A model generated the notes under the pieces. That model made no database searches. It saw only the letters and a program-made list of their open reading frames with translations, and was not told where the DNA came from. Below are positions 39,339-49,660 of a stretch of DNA of 59,789 nucleotides, one piece after another. Source of the DNA: an archaeon (GTDB taxonomy: Archaea; Iainarchaeota; Iainarchaeia; Iainarchaeales; 0-14-0-20-34-12); assembly GCA_038046645.1 (NCBI GenBank), contig JBBSVU010000009.1, positions 1-59,789 on the forward strand. Direction: 5' to 3'. Position 1 is the stretch's first letter. Every line of letters starts with the position of its first letter. The position numbers and the translations under genes were made by a program.

Positions 39339-39423
39339 ATATTAGGCAGCAAAAAATTCCTGCCAATAAAAACCCTTTTTGAAAATATGGGTAACAGATG
39401 ATTTTCCCAAGAACAACGAAAAA

Positions 39424-39606
39424 TTATTTCAATATGCCTGCTTCTTTAAGATGGGTTCTTGCAAGTCTTTCAATCTCTCTTGGGCTCATTATAAGGGTTG
39501 AATCTAAACGGTCCATTTCTACCATTAAGGCAAGGGCAGGTGAAGCATTTGTATAGCTGACAAGTTTTGCGGTATTGGTGCGCTTTAACTTCATATCTTT
39601 TGCCAT
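39424..39606 (-). CDS. small hypothetical protein
   Basis: 60-aa ORF from ATG 39606, divergent from the phosphomutase. Confidence 0.4.
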   Translation of the reverse strand: MAKDMKLKRTNTAKLVSYTNASPALALMVEMDRLDSTLIMSPREIERLARTHLKEAGILK

Positions 39607-39657
39607 ATCTGATCTTTGTACTGAAACCTTTTTAATAGCTAAATTGCAAGCATAGTT

Positions 39658-41097
39658 ATGCAATTAGAGAAAACAATGTTCAGGGAATATGACATTCGCG
39701 GCCTTGTAGATAAACAATTGACAGAAGAGGCTGCAAAAGCCATTGGAAAGGCATTTGGCACTTTTTTGCTGAAAAGAAAAATCAAAGATTGTGTAATAGG
39801 CCATGATGCACGCGAGTATTCTGAAAGACTGCAAAATGCCTTCACTGCCGGCCTTATTAGCACCGGAATTAATGCTATTGATATTGGCCTTGTTATAACC
39901 CCTATCACTTATTTTGCACAGGTGCATTTCAAAATAAAAGGATGCGCAATGATTACCGCTAGCCACAATCCAAACGGATTGTCTGGTTTCAAATTAGGCT
40001 ATGGTTATGCAAAAACCCTGCTGCCTGAAGATATAAAGGAAATGTGTGAAATCATTGGAAATGAAAAATTCACTGCAGGGGGGGAAACTGGGAAACTAAG
40101 GAAGAAAGAAATTTTGAATGCTTACATAAAAGATTTGATTTCAAAAGTAAGAATAAAACCAGAAAATAAGGAAAAAAGAAAATCAGAAAACGGAGCGCAA
40201 AAAAATAAAAAAATAAAAATTGTGATTAATGCAAGGAATGGGACCGCCTCTGAAATAGCTCCACTCCTTTTTGAAAACGCTGGATGTGAAGTAATCAAAC
40301 AATTTTGTAAAATTGATTTTGATTTTCCGAATGGAAATGCAGATCCTTCTTTGGATGAAATGCTAAATGAAACAGGAAAAAAAGTTCTTCAAGAAAATGC
40401 AGATTTGGGCTTTGCATTTGACGGTGATGGCGATAGGTTAGGCATAGTTGATGAGAAAGGCAATGCTATTTATCCTGATAAATGGCTCATTCTTCTGGCA
40501 AAAGGTATTTTGAGAAAATACCCTCACTCCAAAATTGTTTTTGATGTGAAATGCACAAAAGCCTTGGCAGATGAGATTTCAAAAAATGGCGGCATTCCTG
40601 TGATGTGGAAAACAGGGCATTCACACATCAAAAAGAAGGCCCATGAAATTAAGGCAGCGCTAGCAGGGGAACGCTCAGGGCATATATTTTTCCTGAAAGG
40701 ATATTATGGCTATGATGATGCCTGCTTTGCCGGCTTGAAAATTCTGGAATTCATTTCTGAAGAAAACAAAAAATTATCGGAATTGATTGATGCTTTGCCA
40801 AAATATTATTCAAGCCCTGTGATACATGCACATTGCGATGATAAAGCAAAATATCAGGTAGTAGATAAGTTAATTGAAATATTCAAGAAAAAATTCCCTA
40901 GGAAGGTAAATGACATTAATGGTGCAAGGATTGAATTTGAAGATGGTTTTGGCTTGGTAAGGGCTTCTTCCAATATGCCTGCGCTTGTTTTGGTTTTTGA
41001 AGCAAAAAGCCAGAAAAGGCTTGATGAAATAACTAATTTATTTAAGGAAGAATTGGGAAAATTCAAGGAAATAGGAAAATGGAATATTGGCGGTTAA
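39658..41097 (+). CDS. phosphomannomutase/phosphoglucomutase
   Basis: FREYDIRG, TASHNP, DGDGDR, GERSGH, VRAS. Confidence 0.93.
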   Translation: MQLEKTMFREYDIRGLVDKQLTEEAAKAIGKAFGTFLLKRKIKDCVIGHDAREYSERLQNAFTAGLISTGINAIDIGLVITPITYFAQVHFKIKGCAMITASHNPNGLSGFKLGYGYAKTLLPEDIKEMCEIIGNEKFTAGGETGKLRKKEILNAYIKDLISKVRIKPENKEKRKSENGAQKNKKIKIVINARNGTASEIAPLLFENAGCEVIKQFCKIDFDFPNGNADPSLDEMLNETGKKVLQENADLGFAFDGDGDRLGIVDEKGNAIYPDKWLILLAKGILRKYPHSKIVFDVKCTKALADEISKNGGIPVMWKTGHSHIKKKAHEIKAALAGERSGHIFFLKGYYGYDDACFAGLKILEFISEENKKLSELIDALPKYYSSPVIHAHCDDKAKYQVVDKLIEIFKKKFPRKVNDINGARIEFEDGFGLVRASSNMPALVLVFEAKSQKRLDEITNLFKEELGKFKEIGKWNIGG

Positions 41098-41180
41098 ATT
41101 TTCAAGCCCTTATGATTGAACAATTAATTTAAAGTAGATCCTCTGTCACCAGATAATTAGCCTATGTATTCTACTAACAC

Positions 41181-41774
41181 CTACCTTTTCTTTTCAATTA
41201 ATATCGGTTCCATCAGCATAATTGTATTATACTTTGATTTTTCGCCCAAAGGGATTGTAACAGGGGCATCTAATCTATAATAATTTTCCTTCCACCCAAA
41301 CTCATGTGTAGCATGGAATACCCAAGTTTTGCCTTTTTGTTCAACTACCCCGATTAATTTTTTATCCCACTGGAATAACTCAACAACAGAACCATGCTTA
41401 TAAGGCGTTCTGCCAATTCGTTTAAAATCGCTATCTCCAATAACCCTCCAGTTTATCACTGCCTTTGGATTTATCAAATCTCTTGGGGTAATATGTGTTT
41501 TAGCTGCCCTTTGCAAACCTTTGTGAAGATCTGCTTCAGCATAATATACTCGTTGTTTAGGTGTTCCTTCCAATGTTCTTCCTCTCATTTCAAAAGCTGC
41601 ACTTAGGGTATTTGGAAGCTGTGGCTTTTCAGTTCTTTCTCTTGTTGTTACAACTGGCCGCACGATTCTTACGGGTTTTGTACCCCCTACTCTTACTGTT
41701 CTTCCGCCTGTTTTCTTATGCCCTTTCCTAATTGGCCCGCCAGGCCTTCTTGTAAAACTTCTCCCTTTTGCCAT
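41181..41774 (-). CDS. hypothetical protein with Arg/Lys/Pro/Gly-rich N-terminus
   Basis: MAKGRSFTRRPGGPIRKGHKKTGGR... Confidence 0.65.
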   Translation of the reverse strand: MAKGRSFTRRPGGPIRKGHKKTGGRTVRVGGTKPVRIVRPVVTTRERTEKPQLPNTLSAAFEMRGRTLEGTPKQRVYYAEADLHKGLQRAAKTHITPRDLINPKAVINWRVIGDSDFKRIGRTPYKHGSVVELFQWDKKLIGVVEQKGKTWVFHATHEFGWKENYYRLDAPVTIPLGEKSKYNTIMLMEPILIEKKR

Positions 41775-41904
41775 TTTATCATCCAAAACAATTTAACCTA
41801 AAATAATTCAAATATTAAAAGATAAAGGAATCTATAACTTTTTAAGGATTTTCTAATTTAATTAGGCTGTAATAATTCTTTTTTTAATTAAATAGGGTGA
41901 GGTT

Positions 41905-42906
41905 ATGGTAAGGGTTGCGATTAATGGTTTCGGAAGGATTGGAAGGGCTTTCTTTAGGGCAGGATATAAAAAATTGGAGATTGTTGCGATTAATGATTTG
42001 GCTGCAGCAGATCAATTAGCTTATCTTCTGAAACATGATTCTGTTTATGGCAAGTTTAATGCTAAGATTGAAGTAAAGGAAAAAAGCTTCTTTGTAGACG
42101 GCAAGGAAGTAAAAATATTTGGGGAAAAAGACCCTGCAGCATTGCCCTGGGCTTCATTAAAGGTTGACTTTGTAGTTGAAAGCACAGGAATTTTCAGGGA
42201 TACTGCTTCATGCAACAAGCATATTCAGGCAGGGGCAAAAAAGGTGTTAGTATCTGCGCCCCCAAAAGGCTCTGATGTTAAACAGCTTGTGATTGGGGTA
42301 AATGAAAAAGAATATGACCCAAGCAAACACCATGTTGTAAGCAATGCTTCATGCACAACAAATTCTTTGGCGCCAATTGTAAAACTTTTGGATGATGCCT
42401 TTGGAATTGATAAAGGGTTTATGACAACGATTCATGCATACACCCAAGACCAAAGATTATTGGATTCAACACATTCAGATTTACGAAGGGCAAGAAGCGC
42501 TGCAATTAACATAATACCAACAACAACAGGTGCTGCATCTGCTGTTGGCGAGGTACTGCCGCACATTAAAGGAAAATTAGATGGAATTGCATTAAGGGTT
42601 CCGGTTGCTGACGGCTCAATTACTGATTTCACTGTTTTGGTAAAGAAAGAAACAACTGTTGAAGAGGTAAATGCTTTGGTAAAAAAAGCGGCTCAGGAAA
42701 GCCTCAAGGGAATAGTAGAATACTCAGAAGAAGAATTAGTAAGCACAGATATTATTGGCAATACACATTCATCTATCTTTGATTCAGGCCAGACAATGGT
42801 AAATAAAAATATGGTAAAGGTATGCATGTGGTATGACAATGAATGCGGATATTCAAACAGGTTAGTTGATTTGATACTTTTAATGAACAGCAAAAGCAGA
42901 AACTAA
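41905..42906 (+). CDS. gap: glyceraldehyde-3-phosphate dehydrogenase, type I (bacterial type)
   Basis: AINGFGRIGR, ASCTTN, PTTTGAA, WYDNE. Confidence 0.96.
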   Translation: MVRVAINGFGRIGRAFFRAGYKKLEIVAINDLAAADQLAYLLKHDSVYGKFNAKIEVKEKSFFVDGKEVKIFGEKDPAALPWASLKVDFVVESTGIFRDTASCNKHIQAGAKKVLVSAPPKGSDVKQLVIGVNEKEYDPSKHHVVSNASCTTNSLAPIVKLLDDAFGIDKGFMTTIHAYTQDQRLLDSTHSDLRRARSAAINIIPTTTGAASAVGEVLPHIKGKLDGIALRVPVADGSITDFTVLVKKETTVEEVNALVKKAAQESLKGIVEYSEEELVSTDIIGNTHSSIFDSGQTMVNKNMVKVCMWYDNECGYSNRLVDLILLMNSKSRN

Positions 42907-42957
42907 GGAGTAATAAAAATATTAAGATCATACTCGTAAAAAATCAAAGGTGAACCT

Positions 42958-44166
42958 ATGTTATCACTTGATAATTTCAAATTCATAAGCAAGGAAAAAA
43001 TAGCTGGAAAAACAGTTGTCCTAAGGGCTGATTTAAATTCAACTGTTGAAGCAGGAAAATTAATTCCAGGCCCAAAATTAAAGAAACATGCGGATGAGAT
43101 AAAAAAATTAAGCGATGAAGGCGCAAAATTAATTGTAATAAGCCACCAAGGAAGAAAAAACTCTGATGATTTTATTGAATTAAAGCAGCACAGAAGGGAG
43201 ATTGAAAAATTAATCAAAAAAAGAATTCAATTCAGCGGCTGGGAAAACAAGAAAGAAATGGAAAAAAGGATTAAGGGAATGAAAAAAGGGGATGTTCTGC
43301 TTATGGATAATTCCCGCTTTTTGGAATATGAATGCGAAGAATTATCCCCAAAAGAGCATGCAGTAAAAGAAGAAATAAAGACAATTGCTGAGCTTGCAGA
43401 TTTCTTTGTTGTTGATGCATTAAGCATTGCGCATAGGTCGCATGCAACTGTTGTAGGATTTATCCCATTATTGCCTTCATATATTGGCCCTTATTTGGAA
43501 AAGGAATTAAGGGCTTTGAAGGAATTAAAACCAAATAATAATGTTTTGTTGTTAGGGGGAATGAAACCTGCTGATTCAATTAAGGTAATTAGAAATGCGT
43601 TGGAAGAAGATAGGGCATCCAAAATTTTGCTTGGCGGAATTTTAGGGGAGTTAGCCCTAAAAGCGCTAGGTTATTCTTTAGGAAAGAAAGATATGTTTAT
43701 TGAAGAAAAAGGCTTTTTGCCATTGGTTGATGAATTTGAAGCATTATTTGCAAAACACAAAAATAGATTAGTCGTTCCTGTTGATTTAGCAATTGAAAGA
43801 AATGGTAAAAGAGAAACCTTGCTTGTAAAAGATTTGCCTGTGGAATATAATATTTATGATATAGGCCCAAAAACAGTTGAAGAATTCTCAAAAGCAATAA
43901 AGGATGCGAATACTGTTGTTTTTAACGGCCCTTTAGGAAGATTTGAAGATGAGAGGTTTACTGAAGGCACAAAAAAGGTTGTTGAGGCAATAGTAAACTC
44001 AAACTGCTTCTCACTTATTGGCGGCGGGGATACACTAACCTGTTTGCAGCAATTAGGGTTTAAGGAAGAGCAATTCTCGCACGTAAGTTTAGCCGGAAAG
44101 GCTTTGCTGGGCTTCCTTTCAGGAAAGAAACTTATCGCATTAACTGTTTTGGAAAGTTATGGGTAA
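42958..44166 (+). CDS. pgk: phosphoglycerate kinase
   Basis: RADLNS, SHQGR, AHRSH, DIGPKT, NGPLG, GGGDT. Confidence 0.92.
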   Translation: MLSLDNFKFISKEKIAGKTVVLRADLNSTVEAGKLIPGPKLKKHADEIKKLSDEGAKLIVISHQGRKNSDDFIELKQHRREIEKLIKKRIQFSGWENKKEMEKRIKGMKKGDVLLMDNSRFLEYECEELSPKEHAVKEEIKTIAELADFFVVDALSIAHRSHATVVGFIPLLPSYIGPYLEKELRALKELKPNNNVLLLGGMKPADSIKVIRNALEEDRASKILLGGILGELALKALGYSLGKKDMFIEEKGFLPLVDEFEALFAKHKNRLVVPVDLAIERNGKRETLLVKDLPVEYNIYDIGPKTVEEFSKAIKDANTVVFNGPLGRFEDERFTEGTKKVVEAIVNSNCFSLIGGGDTLTCLQQLGFKEEQFSHVSLAGKALLGFLSGKKLIALTVLESYG

Positions 44167-44195
44167 AATAAGAAAAATTAGGAAGGAAATTTTAC

Positions 44196-44289
44196 TATAG
44201 CAAACGACATTAATTTTTGAACAAATATTATCGTTTACTAGATAGCAAATGACATTGAGTTGGTCAATTATTTTTGTCATTTGCTATAG
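44196..44289. mobile_element. 94-bp MITE copy 2 (IS630-like ends)
   Basis: Near-identical to 3998-4091; C-TA...TA-G flanks; between convergent pgk and glnA. Confidence 0.75.
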
Positions 44290-44316
44290 CTAAAAATAAT
44301 AAGGAATGAACCGCAC

Positions 44317-45636
44317 TTAACGGTTCATATATTTCTTTAATTCCCAATCTGTTACTTGCATGCTATAATCAAGCCATTCTTCTTCCTTTGCCAGCAGGTA
44401 AAGCTTAGAGCTGTGCGGACCTAAAGCATCTAAAACTACTTTATCCTTTTTTAATTCATAGATTGCTTCAATTAGGGAAGCAGGCAATCTTTCAATGTTT
44501 CTTGCGGATAATGTAGATTCTTCCAAATGGTAGATATCTTCCTCAACTGTTTTTGGTGGCGTTAATTTATGCTCTATTCCATCCAAACCAGCAGCAAGCA
44601 TAGCTGCAAATGCAAGATAGGGATTAGTACTAGGGTCAGGGCACCTTAATTCACAGCGTGCTGCTTTCTTTGCCCCTGGCAATATCTTAGGTATTCTAAT
44701 TAATGCAGACCTATTTGTGCAAGCCCATGAAATATAAACTGGTGCTTCATACCCTGACACCAATCTTTTATATGAATTAACTGTTGGGGAAACAATTGCT
44801 GAAAGCGCTTTTGCATGCTTTAATTGGCCTGCAACAAAATGCCTTGCCAATCCAGATAAATTATACGGATCTTTTTCATCATAGAAAAGATTTTCTCCGG
44901 TTTTCAGATCATTAAAGGATTGATGGACATGCATTCCGTTCCCTGCATGTTTATAAATTGGCTTTGGCATGCAATTTGCAATCAACCCATATTTCAAAGC
45001 AACTGATTTTATCACATATTTTAAAGTTAAAGTTCTGTCAGCTGTTTCAATTGCTTTTCCATACTTGAAATCAATCTCGTGCTGGCCTTTTCCCACTTCA
45101 TGGTGTCCTGCCTCAACCTCAATCCCAAATTTTTCCAAATCATAAATCATTTCCTTTCGTATTTCTGAAGCCAAGTCCATTGGGCTAAAATCAAAATATC
45201 CGCCTGAATCATGCGGGATTAATTCCCCCTTGTCCCCGCATTTAAAAAGGAAGAATTCAATTTCCGGGCCTGTCATGTATTCATATCCCAAAGCCTTTGC
45301 TTTTTCAACCATTTTTCTTAAAATTCCTCTAGGGTCTCCTTCAAATGGCTTTCCTAGAGGGGTATAAACATCACAAATAAATCTGGCTTTTTCACCGTTG
45401 CTCCAGGGAAGAACCACATAAGTATCCTTATCCGGCTTCAAGAACATATCACTTTCATGTATTCTTGCAAAACCGTCAATGCTTGAGCCATCAAACCATA
45501 TTCCTTTGGAAAATGCCTCTGATGCTCTTTTTACTGGAATTGTTACACTTTTAATATTTCCATGCAAATCCGAAAAATGCAATTCAATTAATCTTACACC
45601 GTCTGCCTCTAACCTGCTTAATATTTCCTCCACCAA
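44317..45636 (-). CDS. glnA: glutamine synthetase type I
   Basis: FDGSSI, GPEIEFF, HHEVGKGQHE, GNGMHVH, NSYKRL, ELRCPD. Confidence 0.95.
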   Translation of the reverse strand: MVEEILSRLEADGVRLIELHFSDLHGNIKSVTIPVKRASEAFSKGIWFDGSSIDGFARIHESDMFLKPDKDTYVVLPWSNGEKARFICDVYTPLGKPFEGDPRGILRKMVEKAKALGYEYMTGPEIEFFLFKCGDKGELIPHDSGGYFDFSPMDLASEIRKEMIYDLEKFGIEVEAGHHEVGKGQHEIDFKYGKAIETADRTLTLKYVIKSVALKYGLIANCMPKPIYKHAGNGMHVHQSFNDLKTGENLFYDEKDPYNLSGLARHFVAGQLKHAKALSAIVSPTVNSYKRLVSGYEAPVYISWACTNRSALIRIPKILPGAKKAARCELRCPDPSTNPYLAFAAMLAAGLDGIEHKLTPPKTVEEDIYHLEESTLSARNIERLPASLIEAIYELKKDKVVLDALGPHSSKLYLLAKEEEWLDYSMQVTDWELKKYMNR

Positions 45637-45789
45637 ACCACCCCAACCAAAAAATTCTAAAATTAAAAGCGATATTAATTAGGTAATGCAGATATTTATA
45701 TACTTTTCCGGATCTTTCAAAAACAAATGTAGCATATAGTGTCATTTAAAAAAGTTTTTGTCATATTTCCTCCTATAAAGTACCTGTAA

Positions 45790-46257
45790 GTGATACAAAT
45801 GTCCACCAAAAGCAGCACAGAAGACAAGGACTGTAAACTGATTTTAAATTCCTTGCTGGAAAACTCTAAAATTTCCTATAGGCAGCTTGCAAAAAAACTG
45901 AACCTTTCCACAACAACAGTCATAAAAAAAATAGGGCAGATGGAAAATGAAGGCATAATCCGGAGATATTGTGCCCACTTAGATTATAACAAATTAGGCT
46001 TTGAAGTTCAAGCAGCAATAATGGCAAGGGTTTCAAAAGGAAAGTTGTTTGAGGTAGAAAAGAAGATTGCAAAGCATGAGAATGTCCAAGCAGTATATGA
46101 TGTTACCGGCGATTATGACGTCATCATAATCGCAAAATTCCGGAGAAGGGCTGAATTGGATGCATTCTTAAAAGAGATACAGAAATTTGAATTTATTGAA
46201 AGAACACATACCCTTCTTATTTTGAATACACTAAAAGAAGATTGCGTCAGAATTTAG
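45790..46257 (+). CDS. Lrp/AsnC family transcriptional regulator
   Basis: N-terminal HTH, YDVTGDYD; divergent from glnA. Confidence 0.92.
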   Translation: MIQMSTKSSTEDKDCKLILNSLLENSKISYRQLAKKLNLSTTTVIKKIGQMENEGIIRRYCAHLDYNKLGFEVQAAIMARVSKGKLFEVEKKIAKHENVQAVYDVTGDYDVIIIAKFRRRAELDAFLKEIQKFEFIERTHTLLILNTLKEDCVRI

Positions 46258-46262
46258 GTTTA

Positions 46263-46307
46263 ATATCAAAGGACAAAAATAAAGATACAAAATTTGTCTT
46301 TTGATAT
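46263..46307 (+). terminator. stem-loop immediately after lrp
   Basis: ATATCAAAGGACAAA...TTTGTCTTTTGATAT (15-bp arms, one G:U). Confidence 0.5.
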
Positions 46308-46453
46308 AACACAATCTTTTTATTCTGTTTCTGGATTCATTTGATAAATACTTTAAGTAAGAGGCATAACTAAGTATAATTCAACAGGAATGTCTTTTGC
46401 TTTATCATAAATTAATTTATGAAAAATTAAGGCAAAAATGTTGGTGAGAATCA

Positions 46454-47650
46454 ATGCATTATGATGTTATTGTTGTTGGGGCTGGCCCTGCTGGCTTGTA
46501 TGCTGCAAGGGAATTGGCTAAAAAAGGCATAAAGGTTTTGTGTGTTGACAAGAAGCAGGAAATAGGTGTGCCAAAACAATGTGGTGAAGGCCTTAGTCTA
46601 AGATACTTCAAAAATTTAGATATTAAGATTGATAAAAAATATTGTACTCAGGAAATTAACGGTGCTTGTTTATACACTCCGTCAGAAAAAGTAATAGATA
46701 TTGATTTTGGCAAGGTTTCTGGCTATATTTTGGAAAGAAAATCCTTTGAAAAAGAATTGGCAAAAGAGGCTGCGTTAGCAGGGGCAGAAATAAGGGTAAT
46801 GAGCCCGGTTGTAGAGGTAAAAAGAGAAAACGGAAAAGTCAGGGTTAAAACAGCTGGCTTGTTTAATGAAGAAAATACTTGTGATTTAATATTTGCGTGC
46901 GACGGCCCGCAAAGTTTTACTGCAGGCAAATTAGGGTTAAATGTCCAATTAGATTCTTATGATATTGATTCCGGCTTCCAGTATGAAATAGCTGGAATAA
47001 ATTATGAAAAATATGGCATCAAAAGAAATATGCTGCATATTTATTTCGGCAATGAAATAGCTAAACGAGGATATGTCTGGATCTTCCCGAAGGGAGAGAG
47101 TGCAAATGTCGGCATAGGAATCGGGGCAAATGTAAAAGGTTCTGCTAGAGAATATTTAGATGCTTGGATAAAAGGCAGGGAAATGTTCAAAGGCACAAGC
47201 ATAATTGAAGTAAATTCCGGTGTAATTCCTGTTGGCGGTTTGTTGGATGCATTGCATGATGATAATCTGCTTGTTTGTGGTGATGCAGCAAGGCAAGTAA
47301 ATCCTGTGCATGGTGGGGGAGTAGGTTCAGCAATGGAAGCAGCAAATATTGCTGTCCAGGTAGCAGAAAAAGCCTTTAAGAAAAAAGACTTTTCAAAAGA
47401 AACCTTGAAAGAATACACTGAAACATGGTATAAGGGGACAGGGGCTAAATTCAGGAAATTAATAAAAGTAAGGCATATGCTTGAACAATTCACTGATGCA
47501 GACTTTGAAACCCTTGGAAAGGCAATTAACGGAGATGATGTAATGAAGATTGCAGAAGGGGAATTACCCCAGGCAGCAGCAATTGTCTCGAAAAAGCTTT
47601 TTACTAATCCAGGATTGATGAAAATAATGCTGAAATTTTTCAAGAGCTAA
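46454..47650 (+). CDS. geranylgeranyl reductase family (DGGGPL reductase)
   Basis: VVGAGPAG, CGEG, GYVWIFP, NVGIG, GDAA, GGG. Confidence 0.88.
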   Translation: MHYDVIVVGAGPAGLYAARELAKKGIKVLCVDKKQEIGVPKQCGEGLSLRYFKNLDIKIDKKYCTQEINGACLYTPSEKVIDIDFGKVSGYILERKSFEKELAKEAALAGAEIRVMSPVVEVKRENGKVRVKTAGLFNEENTCDLIFACDGPQSFTAGKLGLNVQLDSYDIDSGFQYEIAGINYEKYGIKRNMLHIYFGNEIAKRGYVWIFPKGESANVGIGIGANVKGSAREYLDAWIKGREMFKGTSIIEVNSGVIPVGGLLDALHDDNLLVCGDAARQVNPVHGGGVGSAMEAANIAVQVAEKAFKKKDFSKETLKEYTETWYKGTGAKFRKLIKVRHMLEQFTDADFETLGKAINGDDVMKIAEGELPQAAAIVSKKLFTNPGLMKIMLKFFKS

Positions 47651-47660
47651 AAACAGCAGG
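47641..47660 (+). repeat. att-like site A at the 3' end of the reductase gene
   Basis: CAAGAGCTAAAAACAGC repeated directly at 49454-49470; TAAAAACAGCAGG inverted at 49814-49826. Confidence 0.6.
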
Positions 47661-47755
47661 CAATGATGACATAAAGGGAGATTAAGCCCGCTCAACTTCT
47701 TTTTCTGTGCAAATAAAAAATAAGCTAATATACTGTTTGTACAATAGAAAAACTT

Positions 47756-48097
47756 ATGACTAATAAATTTGGGATTCCAAAAGAAGAATCGATAAGAATT
47801 CGAACAAGAGACAAAACGTGTGTATATTGCCACAAAAAAATGATTTACCCTTTTATTAGCAGCAAATATAGAGATTGTGCGACTATTGAGCATCTTAATT
47901 ATGATGGCCCATTTTATTGGAAAGACGGACTACAGATAGAGGATATTGTGATTTGTTGCGGTGAATGTAATTCGAGTCGCGGCACAAAAGAATTATTGAA
48001 TTGGTTTAAAAATGAATATTGTCTAACAAAAAACATCAATGAAAATACTGTCGTTCAGCCAGTTAAAAATTATTTAAATCGTAAAAGAAAAAAATAA
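47756..48097 (+). CDS. HNH endonuclease
   Basis: RDKTCVYC, TIEH, CCGECNSSRG. Confidence 0.85.
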   Translation: MTNKFGIPKEESIRIRTRDKTCVYCHKKMIYPFISSKYRDCATIEHLNYDGPFYWKDGLQIEDIVICCGECNSSRGTKELLNWFKNEYCLTKNINENTVVQPVKNYLNRKRKK

Positions 48098-48904
48098 GAT
48101 TGTTTGTAATACAATAGTAAAGCTATACATTACTTTTGCGCCGGTTTTTTTTGCCGCCTTTTTCTTTTCTTTGTACTTGAAGTGTTTTGCAAGCGTTTGC
48201 ATTACTTGGATGAAACTGGTTTCTGTTGGCAATAACTGGGTTACATCTTCATCCCATCTGTTTTTGAGTTTGTTTGCGTTTTTGAACATCTTGATAATGT
48301 TGAATTCGTGTCCTGATTGTTTGCATTTTTGTTCGACAAGTTTTTGGTTAATTGGGATTTTATGGGAAATTATTGTGTACACATCAAAATGGTCTCTTGG
48401 CGCATTTCTTGAAATTGCAGCGCTTACTTTTTCTGCAATCATTTCTTCTTTTGATAGTGTGTTCACTGAAAATTCTGGGATAAAATCAGGATAGAAATGA
48501 TTGGCTTTGTGTTTTTCTGGTTTTTGGTTGAGTTTTGCTCTCTGGTTCAAATCAATGAAAATTGTGCCATCCTCGTGAAATAGTTTGTAATAAACAATCA
48601 GCCTAGTAAATTTATCTACTCTTTTATCGTGAGTTATTTTTCCAAATTTTGTTCCCTTGAGCTTTGCCCTTATTTGGTCTTCAATATCTGAAACTTTTTT
48701 TGTGGTTGTAAAATCAAGGTCTTCGGATAAGCGCGCGTGGTCCAAAAATATTTTGTTAAGTGCTGTTCCGCCTTTAAAGTAAATCCCGGCTATATCCTGA
48801 AGAAGATAAAGCAATTGCGTTAACAAGTAGTCCTTTTCAATTAACTTAATGTTAAAATTTTTGTCTCCTGCAATAACCTTTAGTTCATTAAGTGTTATTT
48901 CCAT
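48074..48904 (-). CDS. AbiEii-family nucleotidyltransferase toxin (type IV TA)
   Basis: IEKDY, FKGGTAL, RLSEDLDF, EK, RDHFD. Confidence 0.9.
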   Translation of the reverse strand: MEITLNELKVIAGDKNFNIKLIEKDYLLTQLLYLLQDIAGIYFKGGTALNKIFLDHARLSEDLDFTTTKKVSDIEDQIRAKLKGTKFGKITHDKRVDKFTRLIVYYKLFHEDGTIFIDLNQRAKLNQKPEKHKANHFYPDFIPEFSVNTLSKEEMIAEKVSAAISRNAPRDHFDVYTIISHKIPINQKLVEQKCKQSGHEFNIIKMFKNANKLKNRWDEDVTQLLPTETSFIQVMQTLAKHFKYKEKKKAAKKTGAKVMYSFTIVLQTILFFSFTI

Positions 48905-49386
48905 TGCATACTCTCCTTTTTGGTTGCAATAATGAATCTATGACCCTGAATTTTGCGTTCAACTGTTTTTGGAAAATTTTTTTCCCTTTTCCTTTTAAAG
49001 TTAAGCCTAATGTTAAAAATCTTCATAACTCCGTATTTTTTGGGAGTGAAAACAAGAAATTCAAAAGGTATCTGGTCTATCAGTTTCCAATAATTTGCAG
49101 CTGCCTTGCCTGCAATACAGTAATCCTTGCCATTCATAATTTCATCAATCAGAATAAAAGGATATTCTGACCATTTTTGCCCCACTGCTTTTATGGGCAC
49201 AAGAAAGTATTTAGATTTATTCAGCTTTATAATTCGGTCCTTCTTCTTTAATCTGTGAATGTAAACATTCATTTCATTATCATTTGCAAAGTTATCTTTG
49301 ATGTCATCTCTTATGAAAAAGTACTTTTCCTTAAGTTCTAACTTTGAAATGAATGCTAGTTCTTTTTGGCTCAAACTCTGCTTCAT
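48895..49386 (-). CDS. AbiEi-family antitoxin / transcriptional repressor
   Basis: wHTH N-terminus, AANYWKLIDQIP; overlaps the toxin; ATG 49386 with GGTGA SD. Confidence 0.82.
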   Translation of the reverse strand: MKQSLSQKELAFISKLELKEKYFFIRDDIKDNFANDNEMNVYIHRLKKKDRIIKLNKSKYFLVPIKAVGQKWSEYPFILIDEIMNGKDYCIAGKAAANYWKLIDQIPFEFLVFTPKKYGVMKIFNIRLNFKRKREKNFPKTVERKIQGHRFIIATKKESMQWK

Positions 49387-49389
49387 ATT

Positions 49390-49453
49390 GTTCACCAATA
49401 TTAACAATATGTTAATTTTGATGAACGGCGGTTATTTAAATATATTCATCAAA
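49390..49453. promoter_or_regulatory. probable AbiEi operator inverted repeats around the TATA box
   Basis: GTTCACCAATATTAACA-N3-TGTTAATTTTGATGAAC (15/17) plus a further TTCATCAAA at 49445-49453. Confidence 0.6.
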
Positions 49454-49470
49454 CAAGAGCTAAAAACAGC
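49454..49470 (+). repeat. att-like site B (17-bp direct repeat of 47641-47657)
   Basis: CAAGAGCTAAAAACAGC exact match. Confidence 0.6.
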
Positions 49471-49660
49471 CAATTTTGTAAAGAGCTTTTAAAACAGTAA
49501 AAATATTGTATCTTTACATTATGTTTCCTTGCATCCGCAACTACTTTCTTGCACTAAACCGTGTCTCTTTACAGTATTATTTTTTAATGTCATTAACACC
49601 CACTCATAACGGCAAACGCGAAGCATTTTCCGTCAACGCTTTTGCGCAAGCAAAAGGGTT

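Noticed and set aside
49518-49593. ~24-codon minus-strand ORF with SD-like GGGTG
   Set aside because: Too short, with no recognisable motif; at most a gene remnant
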